Source: Myxococcota bacterium (GTDB lineage: Bacteria > Myxococcota > JACRCW01). From it: a DNA stretch of 17,562 nt. Positions 8,472-16,587 of this stretch are shown here, piece after piece (the first letter of the stretch is position 1; every line of letters begins with the position of its first letter). Under the pieces are notes generated by a model, which did not search any database, was not told the DNA's origin, and saw only the letters and a program-made list of their open reading frames with translations. The stretch covers positions 1-17,562 of the forward strand of contig JBFMGU010000218.1 of the NCBI GenBank assembly GCA_040752415.1, in the 5' to 3' direction. A program made the translations under genes and the position numbers.

Positions 8472-10622
8472 TCAGACCTTCTTGTCACCGTCGTCACGGC
8501 AAAGGCGCAGCACGGCCATGGACCTGGACTCCAGGCGGTAACCTCCGCCCGCGCCAACCCGGACACCGGCCTTCACCTCCGACGTGCGCGTGTCGACGAG
8601 GACTTCCCACGCCTGGCCCCACTCCGCTTCCGGAAGGACGCAGTCCATGGGCTCATGGTGCGCGTTGGTCATCACCAACAACGTGTCCCCCACCACCGGC
8701 TCACCCTTGTCGGACAGCGACGGAATGGCATCTCCGCCGAGGAGGATGCACAGGGAGCGGACGAATCCCTGCTTCCAGTCCGCCTCCGACATCTCCTTCC
8801 CATCGGGACGGAACCACGCAATGTCCTTGAACTCGCTGCCGCGCACATAGCCGCCTGAGAAGAAGCGCTTCCTCCACAACACCGGCTGTGCATGACGCAG
8901 CGCCACCACGATCTGGCAGAACCTCAACAACGCCTGCTTCCGGTCATCCAGGTTCCAGTCATGCCAGGTCAGCTCATTGTCCTGGCAGTACGCGTTGTTG
9001 TTCCCCCGCTGCGTGTGCCCGATCTCGTCGCCACCACGGATCATGGGGACGCCCTGGGAGACCATCAGCGTGCCCAGCAGGTTGCGTTTCTGACGCTCCC
9101 GCAGCTCCAGGATGGCGGCGTCCTCCGTCTCTCCCTCCACGCCGCAATTCCAGCTGTGGTTCTCATTGGTGCCGTCGTTGTTGTTCTCCTGGTTCGCTTC
9201 GTTGTGCTTCGAGTTGTAGCTGACGAGATCGTGGAGGGTGAATCCGTCGTGGGCGGTGATGAAGTTGATGGAGGCGTAGGGACGGCGTCCGTTGGACTCA
9301 TAGAGGTCGGCGCTGCCGGTGAGTCGCCATGCCAGGTCCGCCGCCTGCGCGGGGTCTCCCTTCCAGTACTTGCGGACCGCGTCGCGGTAGCGTCCGTTCC
9401 ACTCCGTCCACAACACCGGGAAGTTTCCCACCTGGTAGCCGCCGGCGCCCAGGTCCCACGGTTCCGCAATCAGCTTCACGCGCGAGATGATGGGGTCCTG
9501 GTGGATGATGTCAAAGAACGCGCTGAGGCGATCCACGTCGTGGAGAGAGCGGGCCAGGGTGGCGGCGAGGTCAAAGCGGAAGCCGTCCACGTGCATCTCC
9601 GTGATCCAGTAGCGCAGGCTGTCCATGATCAGCTGCAGCGTCTGGGGATGGCGCACGTTGAGGCTGTTCCCGCAGCCCGTGTAGTCCGTGTAGTAGCGCG
9701 GGTTGTCCTTCACCAGGCGGTAGTAGGTGGGGTTGTCTGTGCCCTCCAGGCTGAGCATGGGACCCAGGTGATTTCCCTCCGCGGTGTGGTTGTAGACCAC
9801 GTCGAGGATCACCTCGATCCCCGCCAGGTGCAGCGTCTTCACCATGGCCTTGAATTCCGCCACCTGCTCGCCCAGGCGGCCCGCCGAGCAATACCGTCCC
9901 GCCGGTGCGAAGTAGCTTAGCGTGTTATAGCCCCAGTAGTTCTTGAGGCCCTTGTCCACCAGGTGCTTGTCGTCGACCATCTCGTGGACGGGCATGAGCT
10001 CCACCGCCGTCACGCCCAGCTTCTCCAGGTGCTTGACGGCCGCGTCCGACGCCAGGCCCGCGTACGTGCCACGCAGGCCCTCCGGCACTTCAGGGTGCCG
10101 CTTGGTGAAACCCTTGACGTGAACCTCGTAGATGACGGTCTCGCGCCAGGGCGTGCGCGGCTGCCGGTCTCCCTCCCAGTGGAAGAAGTTGTCCACCACC
10201 ACGCACCGCGGCGCGCCCCAGGCGCTGTCGTCGGTGCACATGGCCAGGTCCTGCTCAGGATGGCCCAGCTTGTAGGGGAAGAGCGGGGCCTTCCAATCCG
10301 GCTCATTGGCCACCGCCTGCGCGTAGGGGTCCACGAGGAGCTTGTGCGGATTGAAGCGGAGGCCCTGGTTGGGCTCATAGGGACCGTGCACGCGGTAGCC
10401 ATAGAGCTGGCCTGGCTTCAGATAGGGAACATAGCCGTGGAACACGTAACCGGTGTGCTCGGGCAGCTCGATGCGCTCCCGCTCCACGCGGTCGGTGACG
10501 GCGTCGAAGAGGCACAACTCCACCTTGGTGGCGTGCTCCGAGTAGATGGCGAAGTTCACGCCCATGCCGTCGTGGAACGCGCCGAGCGGGTAGGGATTGC
10601 CGGGCCAGATTCGCGCGGTCAT
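8472..10622 (-). CDS. glgX: Glycogen debranching enzyme / isoamylase GlgX (TreX)
   Basis: Typical N-terminus MTARIWPGNPYPLGA from ATG 10622; the ORF-track extension to 10757 overlaps the upstream gene. Motifs NYWGYNT, ILDVVYNHTAEG, GFRFDLA, KLIAEPWD, NFITAHDGFTL and GNNNAYCQDN. Confidence 0.96.
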   Translation of the reverse strand: MTARIWPGNPYPLGAFHDGMGVNFAIYSEHATKVELCLFDAVTDRVERERIELPEHTGYVFHGYVPYLKPGQLYGYRVHGPYEPNQGLRFNPHKLLVDPYAQAVANEPDWKAPLFPYKLGHPEQDLAMCTDDSAWGAPRCVVVDNFFHWEGDRQPRTPWRETVIYEVHVKGFTKRHPEVPEGLRGTYAGLASDAAVKHLEKLGVTAVELMPVHEMVDDKHLVDKGLKNYWGYNTLSYFAPAGRYCSAGRLGEQVAEFKAMVKTLHLAGIEVILDVVYNHTAEGNHLGPMLSLEGTDNPTYYRLVKDNPRYYTDYTGCGNSLNVRHPQTLQLIMDSLRYWITEMHVDGFRFDLAATLARSLHDVDRLSAFFDIIHQDPIISRVKLIAEPWDLGAGGYQVGNFPVLWTEWNGRYRDAVRKYWKGDPAQAADLAWRLTGSADLYESNGRRPYASINFITAHDGFTLHDLVSYNSKHNEANQENNNDGTNENHSWNCGVEGETEDAAILELRERQKRNLLGTLMVSQGVPMIRGGDEIGHTQRGNNNAYCQDNELTWHDWNLDDRKQALLRFCQIVVALRHAQPVLWRKRFFSGGYVRGSEFKDIAWFRPDGKEMSEADWKQGFVRSLCILLGGDAIPSLSDKGEPVVGDTLLVMTNAHHEPMDCVLPEAEWGQAWEVLVDTRTSEVKAGVRVGAGGGYRLESRSMAVLRLCRDDGDKKV

Positions 10623-10635
10623 GCGTGTTGGGCGG

Positions 10636-11955
10636 TCAGGGCGCGGTGACGTAGAGGATGCCCAGGCACATCTCCTCGCCGGTTCCTTCACCCCAGCGCA
10701 CGTCGTCAGCATCCGGCGCATTGTTGTCCCAGTGACACTCGATGTTGACCAGGTCACCGGGGTGCACCGTCTTGGGCTCCACGAAGCCGTACGAGTTCTG
10801 CCAATGGAAGTCCCAGCGCGGGATGTCCAGCATGCATTCGTACTCGCCCCCGGCGCGCTGGATGCCGATCCACCCGGAACGCCCCAGCATGTGCATGTGC
10901 AACGCGGCCGAATAGACGCGCACGGGCCCGTCGGGAATGTGGCCCTCCGAGAGCATGGACATGAAGCCCGTCACGTCAAACGCGAACGTGTGCATGACGT
11001 CGACGCCGCCCGCGGGGATGTCCATCCCGACGCCACGGAACCAATCCGGGTTGGCAAACGGGAGCACCAACGCCTCGCGCTCGACGTGGGAATCCAGCTT
11101 GAACTCTACCTCTGTCCGGTCCAGCCCATCTCCCGACGACACGTTGTAGTGGATCTGCAGCGCCACCTTGGAGTCCGGCGCCACGCGTACGCCGGTTCCC
11201 GCGGGATAGTCGGAGCCCTGTCCCCCCGGCGCCCACGCGCCCAGCCACCCCGGTCGCGCGCCCACGCTGCGTGGCATGACCCCCGGTCCACCAAAGCACT
11301 CGTAACCGGGCGCGGTGTCGGCGTCGTCGAGGGCCAGCACGTCGTCAACCAGCTGCGGCGGAATGGAATACGCAATCACGTGATGCACCACCGACGCATT
11401 TCCGGGATGCGCGCGAAAACCGGAGACATAGCTCACTTCGTCTTCCGGCCAGTCCAGGATGAAGCACCGGTAATCATCCGGAGACTGCTGCGGCAGGTAG
11501 TCCACTGGCATGCGCAGCGTGAGGTCCACGCGGGAGAGGCGTGGCGGCTCGGTGGCGTGGGACAGCGTGGTGACTTCCGTCCCGGCGGGCCCGCCCCCGT
11601 CGACCCAGCGCTGGATGGTGGCAATCTGCCCGTCGGAAAGTGAGGGATCGCCCAGGTAGTCCGTGCAGCCTTGCGCCGGTGGCCACGGCGGCATGGTGCG
11701 TCTCACCACGGAATGCAGGATGAGGTCCCGGACGTGCCAGGTCTCCTCGAACGTGGTCAGGGGGAATGGGCCAATCCCGCCCGCCGTGTGGCAACCCACG
11801 CACCGGGATTCCAGGATGGGACGCACGTGGTGGTGATACGTCACCGTGGGCTCTGGCGTGGTGGCCTCCGGCGCCGCGGACTTCCCGGTGCATCCCGCCA
11901 CCACCACGGCCGTCACGACGAGCGCGCTGCCTCTCCTGGACACACCGATTCCCAC
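10636..11955 (-). CDS. Lipoprotein with N-terminal c-type heme (CxxCH) domain and copper type II (PHM/DBH-like) monooxygenase domains
   Basis: GGAGG 5 nt before GTG 11955; lipobox VVAG-C. RPILESRCVGCH...TMPPW heme domain, then DDYRCF, VVHHVI, WAPG, LQIHYN, LHMHMLG, WDFHWQ and GEEMC, supplying the His/His/His and His/His/Met copper ligand sets. Confidence 0.85.
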   Translation of the reverse strand: MGIGVSRRGSALVVTAVVVAGCTGKSAAPEATTPEPTVTYHHHVRPILESRCVGCHTAGGIGPFPLTTFEETWHVRDLILHSVVRRTMPPWPPAQGCTDYLGDPSLSDGQIATIQRWVDGGGPAGTEVTTLSHATEPPRLSRVDLTLRMPVDYLPQQSPDDYRCFILDWPEDEVSYVSGFRAHPGNASVVHHVIAYSIPPQLVDDVLALDDADTAPGYECFGGPGVMPRSVGARPGWLGAWAPGGQGSDYPAGTGVRVAPDSKVALQIHYNVSSGDGLDRTEVEFKLDSHVEREALVLPFANPDWFRGVGMDIPAGGVDVMHTFAFDVTGFMSMLSEGHIPDGPVRVYSAALHMHMLGRSGWIGIQRAGGEYECMLDIPRWDFHWQNSYGFVEPKTVHPGDLVNIECHWDNNAPDADDVRWGEGTGEEMCLGILYVTAP

Positions 11956-12090
11956 GGTCACCTCCGCGGAAATTGGATGTTCACGCCGGGGTGTGTGTTT
12001 CCCCGCACATGCGATCACCAGGTCCCACCGACGTTGACAGCTCACGTGACGCGTTACTACCGCTGCGCCACCTCTACGGTGGGAGTGATC

Positions 12091-13407
12091 ATGCGGATGC
12101 GCGTGGGTGCGTTGATATTGGTGGTGCTGTCGGCGGCGTGCGGCTCGGGAAGCACGGGCGGGAGCACGTCCTCGTCCTCGTCGGGTGATGTGGTGGACGC
12201 GGGCGGCGGGACTTCGTCGTCGTCATCCGGAGGCAACACCTCGGACGCCGGGCCGCGGCCGGAGAATCCCACGTCGCAGCAGGAGCTGGAGAGCGTGACC
12301 ACCACGCTGGCGTCCGACGACATGAACGGTCGCAACGAGGGGACCGAGGGCGCCGGCGCGGCGCGCGCGTACATCGTGAACTACATGATGCGCTGCAGCC
12401 TGCAGCCGGCGGGCACGGAAGGATACGAGCAGCTCGTCGAGACGGGCGTGGGCATCAACCTGCTGGGCCGCATTGAGGGCACCGACGCGCAGCTGCGCGA
12501 CCGCACCATCATCCTCAGCGCGCACTACGACCACCTGGGCTCCTGCTCCGGTGACATCTGCAACGGCGCCAACGACAACGCCGCCGGCGTGGCGACGATC
12601 CTGGCCATTGGCTGTGAGCTGGCCGCGAACCCGCCGCGTCGTTCCGTGTTGATTGCGGCGTGGGACGCGGAGGAGCCGCCCACGTTCCTCTCGGCGGAGA
12701 TGGGCTCCGAGTTCTACGCCGCGCATCCCACCATCCCGCTGGAACAGACGGACGTGGCCATTGTGCTGGACCTCGTGGGCGGTGAGCTGTGGCCGGGCTA
12801 CGACGGGCATTTCGTGCTGGGGGCGGAATCCAGCGCGGAGGTGAAGCAGGCGGTGACGTCGGTGACGGCGCCCGCGGGCATCGCGGTGTACCGGACCGGT
12901 CTGCACATGGTGGAGCGCACGCGCACCGGCCTCCAGCCGTGGAGCGACTACGACCCCTTCCGTGACCGTGACATCCCCGTGTTGTTCCTCAGCAACGGGC
13001 AGAACAAGCTCTACCACACGCCTGACGACGAGGTTGAGACGCTGAACTTCGTGAAGGTGGCGGCGCAGACGCAGTACCTGCTGGACATCGTGCAATACCT
13101 GGGTGACTCCGAGACCACGCCCACCTTCGTCGACAACGGCTCGGACTACGCCGGTGACGTCGAGAACATCCAGCTGGTCCTCCAGGATGCGCTGGCCGCG
13201 GGTGGCCTGGTGGATTCCCTGAACCTCAGCAGCACCAGTGAGTCCACCCTGCAGGCGGACCTCACCGAGGTGAACGACATCAAGTCGCGCATGGACGGCG
13301 GCGCTACGCCCAGCGCTTCCGACGTGTCGGCGCTCCGTCGGGCCACGCAACACATCATGTGCCTGGCCGGCTCCACGTACTCTGAAGCCACCTGCTCCCT
13401 GTTCTGA
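12091..13407 (+). CDS. M28 family metallopeptidase lipoprotein
   Basis: GGGAG RBS before ATG 12091; lipobox-like LSAA-C followed by a Ser/Gly linker. M28 motifs SAHYDHLG, GANDNAAG, DAEE, LDLVG, SDYDPF and YHTPDD. Confidence 0.9.
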   Translation: MRMRVGALILVVLSAACGSGSTGGSTSSSSSGDVVDAGGGTSSSSSGGNTSDAGPRPENPTSQQELESVTTTLASDDMNGRNEGTEGAGAARAYIVNYMMRCSLQPAGTEGYEQLVETGVGINLLGRIEGTDAQLRDRTIILSAHYDHLGSCSGDICNGANDNAAGVATILAIGCELAANPPRRSVLIAAWDAEEPPTFLSAEMGSEFYAAHPTIPLEQTDVAIVLDLVGGELWPGYDGHFVLGAESSAEVKQAVTSVTAPAGIAVYRTGLHMVERTRTGLQPWSDYDPFRDRDIPVLFLSNGQNKLYHTPDDEVETLNFVKVAAQTQYLLDIVQYLGDSETTPTFVDNGSDYAGDVENIQLVLQDALAAGGLVDSLNLSSTSESTLQADLTEVNDIKSRMDGGATPSASDVSALRRATQHIMCLAGSTYSEATCSLF

Positions 13408-13412
13408 CGACG

Positions 13413-15059
13413 ATGCGTGCGGCGTGGATGATTCCGCTGCTGACCACGGGAAGTGCGTGCTCCGTGGTCGGTGGCGACGAGATTGCGATGGGCGTGGCAC
13501 GGCTGACGGTGCGCAACGTTGGCGCCATGACAACGCTGGTGAACCAGGATGCGACGTGCGGATTCCAGAGCCCCGCCGTCCTGGCCGCCGCGGTGAAGGA
13601 AGGGGAGGTGGGCTCGCCGGGGCGCGTCACGTGGACGGTGGAAGGCTGCACCATCCAGGTCCCCGACGAGATGACGCTGTCGACGGACTGCAACGGCCGG
13701 AGCACCATGGTCCGCGGCACAGTCACCATCTCCGCCACGCGCACCGTGGAAGGCATCCTCACCGGGAAGCTCGACGCGCCCGTGGTTCCCTCGTCGAGCA
13801 CCGCGGCCACGGTCACCATTCGCAACGCGGCGTTCTCCGGTTTCTCGGTGCGCGTCTCCGACAGCCCCAACAGCATGGCCATGCAGCGCGGCAGCATCTC
13901 TGCCGTCGTGGCGCCTCGCCTCGCCGTGGGCGCGTCCACCGGTGCCTGCGCCATCTCCACCCCCAACGTGGCGTTCAGCTCCATCCGCTACGGACCGAGC
14001 ACGGTGGAGCTCACGACGGAGCGCGGCCAGATCCTCGCCGAGGTCACGTCCTCCGACCTGCGGGCGACGAACGGCGTGCGCGACGAGGGCGACAACACGA
14101 TTGCGGGGCGGATGAACCTGGCAGCGCGTTTCGCCATGGAGCCTCCGGTCCCCGCGCGTGACGTCACGATTCCCACCGGTGACGACGGGAAGCTGGACCC
14201 CGAGTATGACGCGGCGCGCTTCAAAGCCTCGTACGCGTGCACCGCGGATCTCGCCACGCCGGAGAGCTACCAGTGCGCGGACCTGACGCCGCGGATTGTC
14301 GACGGAGCGGCGCGACTCACGGTCAAGACCTTTGGCACGCTGGCTTCCGTGCTCAACGTCAACCACGAGTGCGGCTTCTTCAGCGACGCGGTGTTGAACG
14401 CGGCCCAGGTCACCGGTGCCGTCGGGAGCGAGGGCACCGCGGTGCTCACGCTGGACAACTGTCACCTGGAGTTCCGCGCCGGCACCACGGTCAACACGGA
14501 TTGTCTCGACGTGGAAACGCAGCTCACCGGCGTGGTGGTGGCCAATGGCACCAAGACCATCCGCGGCAGGGTCACCGGCAACCCGCAGGCGCCCATCATC
14601 CCCACCACCGACGAGCCCGCCGACTTCGATCTCACGCTGGAGCTCGAGAACCTCCTCGTGGGCACCAGCGCGTCACCCAATGCGCTGCGCGTGCGATCGG
14701 GGACGCTGACGGGGCGCATGCATCCCCGCACCGCGCGCTCCGACGCCACCGGCGAATGCACCATCACCACGCCCATGGCCCGGTTCCAGGACCTCACGTG
14801 GGCGCAGGCCTCACTGGCGGTGACCGGCGCGTCCGGGACGTTCAACGTGGAGGTGGCGTCGTCAACGCTGCAGGCGGTGAACGGGACCTGGAGCGGGGAC
14901 GCCAACGCGCTCTCTGGCTCGGTGGACACAGGGAGCGCCACGCTGACGGTGCCCTCGGACGGAATGGGCCTGGATCCCGCGTTCTCCCAGGACGCGTTTG
15001 ATGAGGCCTGGCAGTGCGCCCAGGACCTGGCCTTGCCGGTATCCCACCAGTGCGGATGA
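13413..15059 (+). CDS. Hypothetical exported protein (probable lipoprotein) built of two ~260-aa tandem domains
   Basis: Starts 5 nt after the peptidase stop; GC3-biased; possible lipobox GSA-C at Cys16. Clear internal duplication (aa ~24-288 vs ~295-547). Confidence 0.8.
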   Translation: MRAAWMIPLLTTGSACSVVGGDEIAMGVARLTVRNVGAMTTLVNQDATCGFQSPAVLAAAVKEGEVGSPGRVTWTVEGCTIQVPDEMTLSTDCNGRSTMVRGTVTISATRTVEGILTGKLDAPVVPSSSTAATVTIRNAAFSGFSVRVSDSPNSMAMQRGSISAVVAPRLAVGASTGACAISTPNVAFSSIRYGPSTVELTTERGQILAEVTSSDLRATNGVRDEGDNTIAGRMNLAARFAMEPPVPARDVTIPTGDDGKLDPEYDAARFKASYACTADLATPESYQCADLTPRIVDGAARLTVKTFGTLASVLNVNHECGFFSDAVLNAAQVTGAVGSEGTAVLTLDNCHLEFRAGTTVNTDCLDVETQLTGVVVANGTKTIRGRVTGNPQAPIIPTTDEPADFDLTLELENLLVGTSASPNALRVRSGTLTGRMHPRTARSDATGECTITTPMARFQDLTWAQASLAVTGASGTFNVEVASSTLQAVNGTWSGDANALSGSVDTGSATLTVPSDGMGLDPAFSQDAFDEAWQCAQDLALPVSHQCG

Positions 15060-15074
15060 ACCTCGCGGATCCGC

Positions 15075-15101
15075 TGCAACGCCGGGGCGGTGTGGCGCGT
15101 T
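15075..15101 (+). promoter_or_regulatory. Candidate ECF-type promoter (TGCAAC-N17-CGTT) upstream of the ECF sigma gene
   Basis: AAC ends at 15080, 17-nt spacer, CGTT at 15098-15101. This matches the general ECF AAC/-35, CGT/-10 pattern and sits where autoregulated ECF promoters are expected. Confidence 0.55.
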
Positions 15102-15111
15102 CCTGGGGAGG

Positions 15112-15756
15112 ATGCCTACCGCCGTGCCCCGTCCTTCCCTGAGGCTTGCCGAGCCTGCCATGTCCTCCGCGCCGTCCGAGGATTCCTCCCGTCCCTCCGA
15201 CGACGCCCTCATGTCCCTGGTCTGCCAGGGCGACCGCCGCGCGTTCGAGCTGCTGGTCCGTCGTCATGAGGCCGCCATCCGACGCTACCTGGGCCGCATG
15301 GTGGGCCCCGCCGAGGCCGCCGACCTCTGCCAGGAGACGCTGGTGTCCATCTGGGAGATGCGCTCGCGCTATCGCGCGGAGGGGCGCTTCGTGGCGCTGA
15401 TGTACCGGGTGGCGCGCAGCAAGGCGATCTCGCACCTGCGTTGGCGTCGCGTGCGAGAGGTGTTCGCGGTGGCGGAAGCTCGTCGTCACGGGCATGTGCC
15501 GCCCACGGACCAGGGCGCCGCACCCGACCCCGCGGCGTTGGAGCGTCTGCTCGCCAGCGAACGCGACCGGGCCCTCAGCGCGCGGGTGTCGTCGTTGCCC
15601 ACGGCCATGCGCGACGCGGTGGTGCTGCACTACGTGGAAGGCCTGGACTACGCCACCATTTCGGAGATCACCGGCGCCGCCGAAGTGACCTTGCGCTCGC
15701 GCGCGCATCGCGGTCTGGCGTTGCTGGCGCAGCAGCTGGGGAAGGGACAATCATGA
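15112..15756 (+). CDS. ECF RNA polymerase sigma factor (sigma-70 family); start uncertain (15112 or 15160)
   Basis: Sigma2: SDDALM...GDRRAFELLVRRH...AADLCQET. Sigma4: LPTAMRDAVVLHYVEGLDYATISEITG..EVTLRSRAHRG. ATGA overlap with the next gene. Confidence 0.92.
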   Translation: MPTAVPRPSLRLAEPAMSSAPSEDSSRPSDDALMSLVCQGDRRAFELLVRRHEAAIRRYLGRMVGPAEAADLCQETLVSIWEMRSRYRAEGRFVALMYRVARSKAISHLRWRRVREVFAVAEARRHGHVPPTDQGAAPDPAALERLLASERDRALSARVSSLPTAMRDAVVLHYVEGLDYATISEITGAAEVTLRSRAHRGLALLAQQLGKGQS

Positions 15757-16529
15757 TCGCGTCCCATCTCACCGACGAGAAGACCGCGCAGCTGCTCGAC
15801 CGCGCGCTGCCGGAGCTGGAGGCGCAGCAGGCCCGGGCCCACGTGGCGCAGTGTCCGGATTGTCAGGAGCGTGTGCACGCCGTGGAAGCGCTCATGCTGC
15901 AGCTCCGGGCGGAACCTGCGTCGGATGAACAGCTGGTCCGCGGCGTCATGGCCCGGATTTCCGACGAGAACAGCGCGTCGTCACGCAGGGGGATGTGGAG
16001 CGCGTTGGCCGCGGGAGTGTCGGTGGCCACCGTGGCGCTGGTGATGGTGCGCTCTCCGGCTGACGACGTGGGAATGACCGCGCGGGGTGGTCCCGTGGCC
16101 GTGGCGCCGGTGCATCTCAAGGCGTTCCAGGCGCGCGGCGCGGGCATGGAGCGTCTTGCCGAGGGAGACCGGACTGGGCTTCCGCTGAAGCTGTCGGTGA
16201 CGCTGGATGTGCTGCCGGCGCAAGGGGCCACCCACGCCGCGGTGTACGCGCGTGACGCCGCGGGACGGGTGACCTGGTTGCTCCCCTCGTGGACCGACGC
16301 GGCGACGTCGCCCGGATGCGTGGCCCTGCCCGCGGGTGGGGGTGCGGTGACGTCGTCACACGCGGTGGAGTTGCCGGATCCGCCGACGGGGACGGTGGAG
16401 ATTGTGGCGGTGGCGGCCACGGAAGCGTGCAGCATTCCGGCGTTGGATGAACGCCTGGAGAGCACCGGGGACATCACGCAGGGCGGCCTCCGTGTCGCGG
16501 AGCGGTTGCGCGTGGTGCTGGATCGCTAG
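15753..16529 (+). CDS. Zinc-binding (ZAS/zf-HC2) transmembrane anti-sigma factor with extracytoplasmic domain
   Basis: ATGA coupling to the sigma gene; H...HVAQCPDC (HxxxCxxC). One TM segment WSALAAGVSVATVALVMV, then ARGG and a beta-rich domain with GRVTWLLP (possibly DUF4384-like). Confidence 0.88.
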   Translation: MIASHLTDEKTAQLLDRALPELEAQQARAHVAQCPDCQERVHAVEALMLQLRAEPASDEQLVRGVMARISDENSASSRRGMWSALAAGVSVATVALVMVRSPADDVGMTARGGPVAVAPVHLKAFQARGAGMERLAEGDRTGLPLKLSVTLDVLPAQGATHAAVYARDAAGRVTWLLPSWTDAATSPGCVALPAGGGAVTSSHAVELPDPPTGTVEIVAVAATEACSIPALDERLESTGDITQGGLRVAERLRVVLDR

Positions 16530-16587
16530 GGCTTGCGCACCGGGCCCCGTCGACGGACAACACGGTTCCGACGCGTGAGGTGGCACC

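Noticed and set aside
10623..10757. N-terminal extension of glgX in the ORF track
   Set aside because: Overlaps the monooxygenase 3' end; the typical GlgX N-terminus begins at ATG 10622.
11671..12090. 140-aa N-terminal extension of the M28 peptidase
   Set aside because: Overlaps the divergent gene; RBS and signal peptide point to ATG 12091.
12223..15079. Long minus-strand ORFs 12223-13533, 13146-14465 and 14462-15079
   Set aside because: Antisense to the peptidase and two-repeat genes, which have motif and repeat support.
15441..15752. N-terminal extension of the anti-sigma ORF
   Set aside because: Lies within the sigma gene; the ATGA overlap at 15753-15756 marks the real start.
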